DNA from: an uncultured bacterium
Lineage (GTDB): Bacteria; Chloroflexota; UBA5177; JANWHV01
Direction: 5' to 3'
Length of the DNA stretch: 64,000 nucleotides
Assembly (NCBI GenBank): GCA_963827235.1
Contig: CAWHAE010000009.1
Span: forward strand, 320,001-384,000
Position 1 is the first letter of the stretch. The number at the start of each line of letters is the position of its first letter. Position numbers and translations under genes: made by a program. Positions 1-9,985 of the stretch are shown here, one piece after another. The notes under the pieces are model-generated. The model did not search any database. It worked only from the letters and a program-made list of their open reading frames with translations, and was not told the DNA's origin.

Positions 1-775
1 CCTGCTCGAGCAAGGCCCGCAGGTCGCGCGCCAACGGCGTATCGCGTCCAACCGGGGCGGCCTGCACGCTCCGCAAGGGTGTGAGCGGCTGCGGCGTGGC
101 CGCATTGCCGAGGAGACGCTCCAGCAGGGATACACGACCGGTCACCTTCTCCGCGCTGAGGGCAAGGATCGTCGCCGACTCTGGTTCCAGGTCGCCGCCC
201 AGGTTGATGCCGACCGTGACGCTCCCCACACGAGCGAGAACAGCGTGGAGACCGGGTAGCTCGGCCTGCAATGCCACGAAGGCCTCCGAAGCGATCACTG
301 CCTCCACATAGGCCCGGAGGGCCCGCAGCCCTGGCGCCTGAGCCGGTGAGTCCGTCACAGCGTGGTGCGCGAGCAGCACCGCTTCGCAGTAGAGGGTCAG
401 CTCCTTGAGGCGCTGGATGACCTGGTGGACCACCCATTCGCCAGGCTGTGGGCCGGCCGCCTGCAGCAGCGCTGTCAGGCTGGGCAGGAGCTGCTCGAGT
501 CGGGCGCGCAGCCGCTCATTCTCGAGCAGGTCCGTCAACGTCGCGGCGCGATAGGCGATAACCGCCGGATCCGGGCACAGCGCTTCAAGCACGTCTCGCA
601 CAAAGCCGACTCGCTGCGATTCCCCTCCGCTCAGGGCCTGCACCAGGCGATCCACGTCAAGATCGGTGACGGTCTCAGCGCTGATGCCGCGTCGTGTCTG
701 CCGCACATGGCGGCTCCCTGGTGGCCACAGCAAGCTCAGGGGTTCAGCTCCGAGCAGGGTAGACTGCGCCTCCAT
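1..775 (-). CDS. MutS-related ATPase family protein, N-terminal part (runs off the window edge)
   Basis: Not in the ORF track. Manual translation from ATG 775 is open to the edge: SLLWPPG..DLDVDRL..DPAVIAYRAATLTDLLEN..SVTVGINLGGDLEPESATILAL, resembling MutS domain V-type paralogues. Start could be up to ~45 nt further upstream. Confidence 0.6.
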   Translation of the reverse strand, partial: MEAQSTLLGAEPLSLLWPPGSRHVRQTRRGISAETVTDLDVDRLVQALSGGESQRVGFVRDVLEALCPDPAVIAYRAATLTDLLENERLRARLEQLLPSLTALLQAAGPQPGEWVVHQVIQRLKELTLYCEAVLLAHHAVTDSPAQAPGLRALRAYVEAVIASEAFVALQAELPGLHAVLARVGSVTVGINLGGDLEPESATILALSAEKVTGRVSLLERLLGNAATPQPLTPLRSVQAAPVGRDTPLARDLRALLEQ

Positions 776-1252
776 TCTGCCTACTGGCCTTGATCCGTTG
801 CCTCCTATCCCTGTTCCCATCGGCTTCACCGTCTCTGGCTCGATCCTTGCTCGCGGGACCACCGTGGTCACCCGGTTGCTCCCGTTATAGCGCACAGAAG
901 CGCAAGGGAACAGTTCGACCGCGCAATCGCCGCATCGCGCGGACCGGCGGTCCGTGGCTATCGCCGGAGATAGCCCGACGCGAGTGCTCCAGGGCGCCTT
1001 TCGACGTTCATACATGTGGTAGCCTTGCCCTCGGGCTCGTTGTCCAGCAGGGCCGCAGCGCCGATGCTGCCCACCGCACGCGGGACATTACCACCACGTG
1101 CCCGTCAAGCCGGGAGCGAGTGACAGCTCGTGCTGCATCCCTGTGGCCGTGCAAACCGTCAGACGGCCTATCCTGTATGGAGCGGGCACGTCGTCTATCT
1201 ACCCGGGAGTGCCCGCGGCCAACAGTGCGAATCCCATGGAGGGTATGCACGC

Positions 1253-2389
1253 ATGAAGATCACGAACGTCGAGACCTACCCCGTCTTCACCACGCGCAAT
1301 TGGCTGTTCGTCACCGTGGACACCGACGAGGGCATCTGGGGCGTGGGCGAATCCAACCTCACCTCGCGTGAGGAGGCGGTTATGGGCTTCCTCAACCACC
1401 TGCGCCCCCTCCTCCTCGGACAAGATCCCACGCGCATCGAACATCTGTGGCAGCTGATGTTTCGCAGCGGCTTCTTCCCCGCTGACCGCGTCGGCGCCTC
1501 CGCCATCGCGGCCATTGACACAGCCTTGTGGGATATCGCCGGCAAGGTCCACGGCGTTCCGGTCTATCAACTGCTCGGCGGTCTGGTGCGTGAGAAGGTA
1601 GTCTGCTATCCGCACAATGCCGGCGAAGACGGGAGCATCGCGCCGCTGGTCGAAGATTGCCGGCAGACGCTGGCCCAAGGGTATCGGTTCGTGCGCTGGG
1701 GACTGCCCACGGCGGACAGCATCCTGGAGCCGCGGCAGGCCGTGCGTACGGCCTTGCGGCAGTGCGAAGCCGTGCGCACCGCGCTGGGCGACGAGGTGGA
1801 GATCTGCCTGGACGTGCACACGCGGCTCGACCCCGCCGACGCAACCACGCTCTGCCGCGAGATCGAAGGCTACCGGCCGTACTTCGTCGAGGATCCACTT
1901 CGCGCGGAGGACACCAACGCCTACCGGGCACTGCGGGCACGGACGGGCGTGCCCCTGGCCGCCGGTGAACAGTTCGCCGGCAAGTGGGAGTACCGCCAGT
2001 TGATCGAGGAGGACCTTATAGACTACGCGCGCCTGGACCCCACCCTGGGCGGGGGTATCACGGAGTGCAAGAAAATCGCCGGCTGGTGCGAGACCCACTA
2101 CCTGAATATCGCCCCGCATAACCCCAACGGGCCGGTGAGCACCGCTGCCTGCTTGCACCTGTGCCTGGCCGCGCCGAATGTCGGGGTACTGGAACTGCCA
2201 CGGCCACCCGGGTCCGTACTGCCGAACGTTTTTCCCGTGGTGCCGCGCTTCGAGCAGGGGTATCTGCTGCCTCCCACGCAGCCGGGCATCGGTGTCGAGT
2301 TTGACCGGGCCGCGGCACGTCAGTACGCCTATCAGCGGAGCGAGCTGCCGCACCTCCACCGCCGGGACGGCTCGCTCACCAACTGGTGA
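1253..2389 (+). CDS. Mandelate racemase/enolase superfamily acid-sugar dehydratase (galactonate dehydratase-like)
   Basis: MKITNVETY start with GGAGG RBS; WDIAGKVHGVPVYQLLGG, DVH, FVEDP, GEQ, APHNP, C-terminal DGSLTNW. Confidence 0.9.
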   Translation: MKITNVETYPVFTTRNWLFVTVDTDEGIWGVGESNLTSREEAVMGFLNHLRPLLLGQDPTRIEHLWQLMFRSGFFPADRVGASAIAAIDTALWDIAGKVHGVPVYQLLGGLVREKVVCYPHNAGEDGSIAPLVEDCRQTLAQGYRFVRWGLPTADSILEPRQAVRTALRQCEAVRTALGDEVEICLDVHTRLDPADATTLCREIEGYRPYFVEDPLRAEDTNAYRALRARTGVPLAAGEQFAGKWEYRQLIEEDLIDYARLDPTLGGGITECKKIAGWCETHYLNIAPHNPNGPVSTAACLHLCLAAPNVGVLELPRPPGSVLPNVFPVVPRFEQGYLLPPTQPGIGVEFDRAAARQYAYQRSELPHLHRRDGSLTNW

Positions 2390-2591
2390 ACGCCTTGCTC
2401 GACGCGCCTGCGCGCTGCGTTCCAGTTGGCGTCACTCGGGAAGAGATAGAATCCGGTCGCACCAGGTACTCCGCCGGCGCTCGAGCCTTGTGGTCCGGCC
2501 GGAACGGCGGCTTTCCGCCCTGCACGCCGCCTGGCCGCCGCTCACACGGAGTGCGACGGCGGCCAATTTCCTGCGGCGCAGATGCTCCTCG

Positions 2592-4187
2592 CTACCCAGC
2601 GTAGCCCGTCACGCTACCGACCCACTTGATGAAGCTCGGCGCATCCTCGTTCACGGCATGGCCACCGTCCCAGTACATCCACGCGTTCACGTCGTCGCCC
2701 AGGTTCTGGACGCTTGCCACGAGGTTGCCCAGCACGGTGAGCGAGGTGTCGGTGTCGAGGGATCCGGTCCGCAAGAACCAGTGTCGCACTCGCGCGGCGT
2801 TCGGGTTCTGCTTGCCGACGAAGTACATGGGGTTCATCATGTGAATCTTCGCCGGCAGATCGCTGGCGATCTGTACGTTGTTGTTCCCCGTGGCATAGCG
2901 CAGACTGAAGGTCGTGAAGTGCCGGGCATTGGTGGTCGCGTCGCCGAACTCGCTGTTCTCTGCCGCATCCAGTTTGAAGCTGTCGAACGCCGGCAGACTC
3001 TTCAACCTGCCGTCGTAGGCCAGGAACTTGGCGAACGCGAACGTCGCCTTGCCATTGGTCCAGCTTATCCAGGGGCGCTGGGCGAGATAGCTTGCTCGCG
3101 CGCTCTGTGAGAGCGCGCTGAGATACTTGGTGGCTGCCGGCTCGAGATAGGTCCTCAGCAGGTAGTCCGTGTAGCTGCTTGCCGTGATGGTGCCGAAGCC
3201 GTTCAGACCCTGCAGGTTGAGAGCGGCCTGGTACGCGGCGAACGCCGCCGCCAGCTCCTTGGAGAGCGTCTGGTTGACCTTCGTGCCTCCGGAGCGCAGC
3301 GCCGTGCTTCCCAGCATCCACTCGTAGGCCATGTCGGCGTGCTCGAGGTCGGTAATCGGGCTGTACGCGGCGCTGGCAAAGATCCGGTCGCTCGAGTTGG
3401 CCGCGCCAAGCTGCGCCAGATACGCGTCGTAGAGCGGGCTGTCTCCCGAAGCCCCAAGCAGCGCGGAGAGAGCGCCACCCGCGCTGGCGCCGGTGGAGAT
3501 GATCCAGTTCGTGTTCCCGGGCACCACCCCGTGGTTGGCACGCAGGTACCGCACGGCGGCCTTCAGGTCCACGATGGCCGCCGGCGCCTTGCCGTAGTAC
3601 TTGCCGCTCGACGTCACGTTGTCCCGCCCGCGCGCACCGGGCGTGACCACGACATAGCCCGCCCCCAGGGCCAGGTCGGAATTGCTGCCGTTGTCGCCTG
3701 CTCCCGACGGAGCGCCCGCCTGGCCGCCCGGCATGCCGCCCGGCATGCCGCCCGTGGCGCCGCTCGGTGGTGTGCCGCCACCTGGCGCGCCTTGACCCGG
3801 CATACCGCTGCGAGACACGGACGCCGACATGTACCCGCCCACCGTGATGTCGAAAAGGATGGGTGCATTCCTGGCATCGATCGCGGCGCCGTTGATCTTG
3901 ACCGGGACGCTGACATCCATGCTTTGATACGTCACATCCACCGGATGTGCGACGTAGGGGATGGCGTGGTAGTAGCGATACGTGACCGTCTTGGTGCCCG
4001 ACGACGTCGACACGGTCTTCGTCTTGGTCGTATAGCTGTTCTTCGGGAACACCAGGGAATAGGCCTGGCCTGACGTTGAGCTTGCCCACGCCGCACCGCT
4101 TGAGCGCGATGAGTAGTACGCGCCCGCAGCGGAAGCGAGCACTGCCGTGCCCATTGCCTGTTTGAGGAACCCTTGTCGTGAGATCAC
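2592..4187 (-). CDS. Secreted subtype B tannase-like alpha/beta hydrolase
   Basis: GKAPAAIVDLKAAVRYLR, nucleophile GASAGG, PITDLEHADMAYEW, HWFLRTGSLDTDTS, WDGGH; Tat-like leader SRQGFLK; AGGAG RBS. Confidence 0.85.
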   Translation of the reverse strand: MISRQGFLKQAMGTAVLASAAGAYYSSRSSGAAWASSTSGQAYSLVFPKNSYTTKTKTVSTSSGTKTVTYRYYHAIPYVAHPVDVTYQSMDVSVPVKINGAAIDARNAPILFDITVGGYMSASVSRSGMPGQGAPGGGTPPSGATGGMPGGMPGGQAGAPSGAGDNGSNSDLALGAGYVVVTPGARGRDNVTSSGKYYGKAPAAIVDLKAAVRYLRANHGVVPGNTNWIISTGASAGGALSALLGASGDSPLYDAYLAQLGAANSSDRIFASAAYSPITDLEHADMAYEWMLGSTALRSGGTKVNQTLSKELAAAFAAYQAALNLQGLNGFGTITASSYTDYLLRTYLEPAATKYLSALSQSARASYLAQRPWISWTNGKATFAFAKFLAYDGRLKSLPAFDSFKLDAAENSEFGDATTNARHFTTFSLRYATGNNNVQIASDLPAKIHMMNPMYFVGKQNPNAARVRHWFLRTGSLDTDTSLTVLGNLVASVQNLGDDVNAWMYWDGGHAVNEDAPSFIKWVGSVTGYAG

Positions 4188-4723
4188 TTTCCACTCTCCT
4201 TCGTGTGTGTTGCGCCCAGGGGCCGAGTCCGCCGGCCGGCTTCAACTGGGCAGATCGAGGTCATGCGGCATGGCGCACGTTCGGGTAGATCCGTCTCGTC
4301 GAGGCGTGCTCCTCGTTTCTGCCCCTCTCGTGTCCACCATGGCTCCACTTCCGCGCCGTGGATGCCGGGGCCTTCGGTAGTCGTATCAGACCCGTCTCAT
4401 GGGCCTGATCGCCTATCCCTGCACTCGCCCTGCTCGTTCGGCGCCGTATTCAGACAACCTTAGCGTAGAGCCCGGAGCTAAGAAATCTCTATGCATACGC
4501 TCAGCGGCTAGACAGAGGAACTTCAGAATTCGCTGAGAAGCGCCGCCCTCGCACTCGCTTGCGACGAGAGACGCCTACCGTTACCGCCTTCGTCTCGCGT
4601 CGTAGTTGCCATCGCCGGCATGAATAGAGATACTTTGGGCAACAACGGATCAGGCGCCGCGGCCGGGAGACAGCCGAGTCTGCGATGCTGCCGGAGGCCG
4701 AACGCGATCGTGCGCACCTGGAA

Positions 4724-4789
4724 TCGGTCGCGGCCGAGCGTATCATTGACGAGGCCCGTAACCTCGATGGCGGAGCTGTCCTGAGCTGA
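4724..4789 (+). pseudogene. Degenerate copy of the 3' end of the adjacent SDR gene
   Basis: Reads SVAAERIIDEARNLDGGAVLS* versus SDAAEYIVGQTLNVDGGLVLS* in 4848..5624; both end in gtcctgagctgaat. Confidence 0.6.
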
Positions 4790-4847
4790 ATCGGAAACAA
4801 GACGACAGGCCCGCGCGGTTCCGCCGGCTCTCAATGGGAAGGAGACG

Positions 4848-5624
4848 ATGGTGTCCAATCCAGGGGGAAGAACGGTACTCGTCACCGGCGGCGCGACCGG
4901 TATCGGTCGCGCAATCGTAGAAGCGTTTGCCGAGCAAGGAGACCGCACCATTGTGGCCGATATCGACGCGGAACGCGCCGCGGAGGTCGCCGCCCAAGTT
5001 GGGCATGGCTCGTTTGCCATCCGGTTGGATGTCGGTGCGATCGACACGGTCGAGGGTATCATCCACGAGGCCGCGGAGCGCGCCGGCCGGATCGATGTCC
5101 TGGCCAACAACGCAGGGGTTTTTGACATGGCCCCGCTGCTTGAAATCATGCCGTCGAGCTTTGAGCGTCTATTTCGGGTCAACGTGTATGGCATGTTCTT
5201 CGTGCTGCAGGCAGTTGCCCGGCTGATGGTGCGAGATGGTCGCGGCGGTCGCATCATCAACACGGCGTCGCAGGCCGGCCGCTGTGGCCAAGCAGCATCG
5301 GCCGTCTATGCCGCGAGCAAAGCCGCGGTGATCAGCTTGACGCAGGCTGCGGCCCTTGCCTTGATCAAGGATCACGTTCGGGTGAACGCGATCGCGCCCG
5401 GCGTGACCGACACGGAGATGTACGACCGCATCGACGCGCTCTATGCTCTCCAGTACGGCCTCCCGTCTGGAGAGAAGAAGCGTGAGGTTGGGCTCGGGGT
5501 TCCGTATGGACGGATGGCCTCTCCGCGCGAAATCGCCGCTGCGGTGGTGTTTCTCGCGTCCGACGCCGCCGAGTACATCGTCGGCCAGACCCTGAACGTC
5601 GACGGCGGGCTCGTCCTGAGCTGA
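4848..5624 (+). CDS. SDR oxidoreductase, sorbitol/L-iditol 2-dehydrogenase-like
   Basis: TGGATGIG, NNAG, YAASK, NAIAPG, GQTLNVDGG; AGGAG RBS. Confidence 0.9.
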   Translation: MVSNPGGRTVLVTGGATGIGRAIVEAFAEQGDRTIVADIDAERAAEVAAQVGHGSFAIRLDVGAIDTVEGIIHEAAERAGRIDVLANNAGVFDMAPLLEIMPSSFERLFRVNVYGMFFVLQAVARLMVRDGRGGRIINTASQAGRCGQAASAVYAASKAAVISLTQAAALALIKDHVRVNAIAPGVTDTEMYDRIDALYALQYGLPSGEKKREVGLGVPYGRMASPREIAAAVVFLASDAAEYIVGQTLNVDGGLVLS

Positions 5625-6324
5625 ATGAGAAGCACGGCACCACTCCTCCACCGTTGTGCCCGGTCCCCACTCTCGCAGGTGCCTCTCGAGGTGCGCCGGG
5701 GCCGCGAATAACGCGAGTGCCGATCCCCGCAGCTCTCCGGGATCTCCAGCCAGATCCCGCTGGGTAAAGCCCACCCGGCATAGATAGACGAGCTGTGCGC
5801 CGGCATGCTCGGTGCCGCGCGGAAGATATGCTGCCGCTTCCGGAGAGACATCGCCGCTACACAAGCACCCGACCCGGACACAAGGCGTCGAGAGGCGTTG
5901 ACCGGTCTCTCCGTCACGGGCCGGCGACGGCGGGCACGTAGTCTCGAATTAGGCTCGGCAGCGCGTGGCCAGGCCTGGGAGGTTCACAACGTCGGAGACG
6001 TGTTGCTTCTCTCGGGGGCGATGAGGCGCGCGGCGTGAGCGGCAACGGTTGATGGCTGATGGTTGAGAGCGAGGCATGATGAACGCACGTGAACACGCAC
6101 GCCACCTGGGGGACACACTGCGCCGGGCACATACACGGTGCAGCATTCGGACGCGGGGAACGGACCGTCCGTTACACGCCGCCGTTCATCCCACCGGTCG
6201 TGATGCGGGGGCATCGCGTCGGCCAGCAGCCGCACCGCGGACGCACACCCGCGCTCCGCGGCGCTCAGTGCCCGGCGCCGGCTCGGACGCGCGCCACGCG
6301 CGGAGTGCCACGGGAGGGCCGCTC

Positions 6325-7155
6325 GTGCTGACGCCCCTCCCGAACCTACCGGTTACGTTGCGCGCCAGGATGAAGCAATCTTCTGCGCACCACCTCGTCA
6401 TCGTCGGCGATAGCCTCGGCGCCGGGCACGGCGACCCTGTGCAAGGCCTTGAGCTGGTGGGCTGGGCGGATCGTCTCGCCGTCGCACTGCAGGCGCGTAC
6501 GCCTCCTCTGCGCGTCTGCAATCTCGCCAGAATCGGCCGTACCACGGAGGAGATTGCGCGCGAACAATGCGCCCAGGTGCCTCGGCTGCGGCCGGCGGTT
6601 ATCGTGGTGTGCGCTGGGGGTAACGATATGTTGCAGCGCCGTTGGCAGCCGCGGGTGTTTCGCCAGGTCTACATGGCGCTCCTCCAGCGGCTGATGGCCT
6701 CGGGCGCACGTGTCATTACCACCACCTGGCACGATGTGCCGCGGGTGGTCCCGATGCAACCGGCCTTGGCACGCCACTTCTCAGAACGGCTCGCGGCGGG
6801 CAGTGGCGTGGTACGCGGTATCAGCCGAGAGCTGGGCATGCCCTGCATCGACTTCTGGTACCGGCCGGCACTGCTCGACGCCGGATGCTATAGCCGAGAT
6901 CGCCTGCATCCCAATGCACTGGGGTACCTTCGCCTCGCGGGAGCCATCGCAGCTGCATTGTCGCCGTTCGCCGGGCTGCGTATTCCGCAAGGGGCGCTCT
7001 ATACGCGTCGCGAACGGTGCCAACCTGGTGTCCTGGGCGCGTGGCGGCCTCACAGCGGGTCGCTCGAGTCTCATCTTGGCCGGCCGCTCTCGATGGATGC
7101 GGCCTCCGGTTCATCGGCCGGGATCTCGATCGGGTCGACGGCGTCTTGGCCGTAG
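6325..7155 (+). CDS. SGNH/GDSL hydrolase family protein
   Basis: VGDSL, GWAD, NLARIG, GGND, DRLHPN; GTG 6325 follows GGAGG. Confidence 0.85.
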   Translation: MLTPLPNLPVTLRARMKQSSAHHLVIVGDSLGAGHGDPVQGLELVGWADRLAVALQARTPPLRVCNLARIGRTTEEIAREQCAQVPRLRPAVIVVCAGGNDMLQRRWQPRVFRQVYMALLQRLMASGARVITTTWHDVPRVVPMQPALARHFSERLAAGSGVVRGISRELGMPCIDFWYRPALLDAGCYSRDRLHPNALGYLRLAGAIAAALSPFAGLRIPQGALYTRRERCQPGVLGAWRPHSGSLESHLGRPLSMDAASGSSAGISIGSTASWP

Positions 7156-7298
7156 GCGCCCAGGCTGCCGATATGCTCGATGTCGTCGTGCGTCAGGATG
7201 ATGTGATTGAGCCGGTCGTACGGGGCTCCGGCGTGCTCGCAAGCATCCCGAATACGCACGGCCAAGCCCGGGATGCCCGTGTCCACGGCCCGAACCCC
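7071..7298 (-). pseudogene. Fragment of an MBL-fold metallo-hydrolase
   Basis: VDTGIPG...IILTHDDIEHIGSL (HxDxDH-like); only ~70 codons, overlapping the tail of the SGNH gene. Confidence 0.6.
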
Positions 7299-7319
7299 GC
7301 GGATGTGACCATACGCAGC

Positions 7320-9827
7320 TCAGCGCGCTGCGCCCTGCCGGTGCATGCGGGCGTGCAGGGCGGCCATCGCCTCATGGAAGGGTCGCTCCAGATATGCCTG
7401 GTGATCCGCTTCACCATGCGCATGCGTGATGCGGTGCGATGGCTCCTGCCGGCTGCGGGTGCGAATATACTCGAGGCTGCCCTCGAGCAGCGTCAGCATA
7501 TAGGTCGCCACCTGGGCATCGTGGAGCCACCAGTCTCCACCTACCGCGATGTAGATCGGTGACGTATGGGCCATGATGCCCCGTTGCCAGCAGTCGAAAT
7601 GGCGGACCGCGTCGACGTAGCCAGGTCCACCCACCCGCGCCGCTAGCCAGGTATGGCTGCTGATGGTGAGACGGGTCCTCAGGCAGAGCCGGCGCGCGCC
7701 GCCCGCCTGCTCGGTCACCGCCACCACGCGACCCTGTTGCACGATCTCCAGTCGGTGCATAGGGAGGATCGACTCCGCCCAGGCCTTTACCTCCACTGTG
7801 CCGCCGTTCCCTGGCAGGGCGATACTGTCGCCAATCTGGTACCCGTCCACCGTGAAATCGAGGATCGGGCCCCCACTGTGGAAGGTGCGCCCGGCCCGCA
7901 GATTGCGGCACCAGCTCTCATAGCTGAACTCCTCGTCGGGGATGCGCACGTACGTGCGATAGAGCCCCACCGGCACGTCCGCCGACATCTTGTCGGTCCC
8001 GCCGACTAGCGGCAGCCGATAGCCGCAATTGAGATAGCGGTAGTACTCCAGGTGCTCGTACAGCCCGCACGTGGTCATCTCCAGCGCATCGGCGCGACCG
8101 GTGGCGATCAGGGCCGCCGGCTCGCCGTTGGGCTCCGGCGCGTGCGGAACGACCACGGTCCCACCCTGCTGGTGGCACTGGTCGGCCCAGTACGCCAGGG
8201 TGGTCTCCAGCGTGCCGCCCATCTCTGCTTCCTCCGGCCCGTCGGAGCACCAGGGCAGCACCGGTTCCCGCAAGCCGAGCAGCGAGAGGTGCCCCAGCAT
8301 GTGCTGACGGTTCTCCTGCGATGCGTAGACGATGGTCCTCCCATCGGCCGAGTGAAGCGGTCGCCCGATAAACTCCTCGGTGCTGGTGAATAGGTGGCCC
8401 CACTGCGACTGCAGGAGGTTGACCACGTTCAGGTCCTCGCCGCGCGCCTCCGTCTGCGCTCCGATCGTCGAGAGGAAGTGTACGTGGGTGTCGCCGCTAA
8501 AGTAGCCGCGCGCGTTCATGTCGCACCAGCGCCGGAGCCGCAGCTGCAAGCGCTGCTGGCCCGGCTCGATGCGCACGGACGTGCGAAGCGGCTCATACTC
8601 GAAGCCGCGGGCGACGTCGACCATCACCTCGCCGCGCGGCAGCCAGCCTTCACAGCGGCCGTCGATGTAGGCGTAGGTCGCCTGCCCAAGCTGGACATCA
8701 CCGCCTATGTCGATGTGCCAGGTGCCCATGCCGCCGTTCAGGTGGGCGTGGTGGCCGTACGGCGCATAGGGTACCCCGTCGGCCGAGCGAAAGTGGATAC
8801 GGCACGGAACGGGTAGGCCGGTGGCATCGTCGACGACTTCGGTCCGCACCCAATTGCGCCCCGCATCCGTGATCGCGACCTGCAGGCGGGGTGACGGGGT
8901 CAGACTCCCTACACGCTCCAGGTCGGCCCAGCACACTCGGCCTAGCTCCTCGTCGCGTAGGGTGACCCGCAGGATAGCGGACGGCGTAGCAGCTACCCGC
9001 ACGTAGGCGGGGCTGCTGCCCGGGTTCACCGGGACCCCAAAGCCGGGCAGCGCGGAGCCCACGGAAGTGCCGGCGGTCTCGGCGGGCAGAGCGTAGGGAA
9101 AGCCGGCGATGCCACGATCGACCTGCACGCCAAGGGCGAACGGCTGCGCGGCATCGGTAGCCTGTGGCAGGGTGATGGTGACTGTAGTGGCGCCACGACG
9201 GCAGAACGGCTCCTCCGCCAGATGCCCCAGCGTCACCGCTGCCAGCAGAAAATCCGGGCCGGCCGGCTCGACCATAAGGCGGCGGATCGGGCGCTCTGGC
9301 TGTGGATTGGACCAAGCCCACAGATAGTACGCGAGTGGACGGCTCTGCTCCACCTCGGTCAGCCGCGCGCCGGCATCGCCCCAGGACCCGGCAGAGCGGG
9401 CGGGCAAGCCGTCGGGCCGATCGGGCACAGCCAGGAAGGGTAGCTGGCCCCAGCGCGTCGGTACCGTGGCAATCTCGAAGCGCTCGCGGATCGGCAGACG
9501 GGTGCTGCCGCCGTCGGCAAACTCGATGACGTAGTGGGCGACGATCTCGCCCAACGGCCCGCCCGCCAACAGGTGCGAAGCCAGTAGTCGATGAACGAAT
9601 AGCACGTGCCGGGCGGTCCGGTCGCCGACCGGGATGGCAAGAGCCGGCGCGCTGCCATCCAGCCGGACCAGGCAAGCGCCGCCACTGCCGCTCGACGGCC
9701 CGATCTGAAACGGGATCCCATGGAAGGCCTGCAGGCCGGTGGGGAGTCTGTCCGCGCTCGCCAGGCAGTCCGCGCCGGCGTTGCAGACGGCTGATAGGTC
9801 AACCGGGGAATAGTCGGCTTCGACCAT
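7320..9827 (-). CDS. CehA/McbA-like metallohydrolase (PHP-like domain) with N-terminal beta-sandwich domains
   Basis: RGFEYEP, FSGDTHVH, QENRQHMLGHL, YYRYLNCGYRLPLVGGTD, AHTSPIY; GGAGG before ATG 9827. Confidence 0.8.
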   Translation of the reverse strand: MVEADYSPVDLSAVCNAGADCLASADRLPTGLQAFHGIPFQIGPSSGSGGACLVRLDGSAPALAIPVGDRTARHVLFVHRLLASHLLAGGPLGEIVAHYVIEFADGGSTRLPIRERFEIATVPTRWGQLPFLAVPDRPDGLPARSAGSWGDAGARLTEVEQSRPLAYYLWAWSNPQPERPIRRLMVEPAGPDFLLAAVTLGHLAEEPFCRRGATTVTITLPQATDAAQPFALGVQVDRGIAGFPYALPAETAGTSVGSALPGFGVPVNPGSSPAYVRVAATPSAILRVTLRDEELGRVCWADLERVGSLTPSPRLQVAITDAGRNWVRTEVVDDATGLPVPCRIHFRSADGVPYAPYGHHAHLNGGMGTWHIDIGGDVQLGQATYAYIDGRCEGWLPRGEVMVDVARGFEYEPLRTSVRIEPGQQRLQLRLRRWCDMNARGYFSGDTHVHFLSTIGAQTEARGEDLNVVNLLQSQWGHLFTSTEEFIGRPLHSADGRTIVYASQENRQHMLGHLSLLGLREPVLPWCSDGPEEAEMGGTLETTLAYWADQCHQQGGTVVVPHAPEPNGEPAALIATGRADALEMTTCGLYEHLEYYRYLNCGYRLPLVGGTDKMSADVPVGLYRTYVRIPDEEFSYESWCRNLRAGRTFHSGGPILDFTVDGYQIGDSIALPGNGGTVEVKAWAESILPMHRLEIVQQGRVVAVTEQAGGARRLCLRTRLTISSHTWLAARVGGPGYVDAVRHFDCWQRGIMAHTSPIYIAVGGDWWLHDAQVATYMLTLLEGSLEYIRTRSRQEPSHRITHAHGEADHQAYLERPFHEAMAALHARMHRQGAAR

Positions 9828-9985
9828 CGCTGGCACCTCCTGTGGCCTACACGCTACTTCTGCTAGAGTAGCACGTGGACACGGCACAGCCTGCCGCCAG
9901 CGTGTGTGGGCACCTCAGGTTGCAGGGCGGGTGAATCATGCATCACACCACACGCGATACTCCTCAGCCATGGGCGAACCTCGCC

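Noticed and set aside
2614-4245. Long alternative-frame and antisense ORFs (e.g. 2614..4245, 19317..20810, 29590..31179, 32667..34121, 48992..50302)
   Set aside because: Arg/Pro/Gly-rich shadows of real genes, expected at this GC content.
5625-6324. Short ORFs between the SDR and SGNH genes, including 6089..6331
   Set aside because: No motif I can identify; may hide a remnant or small upstream ORF but cannot be supported.
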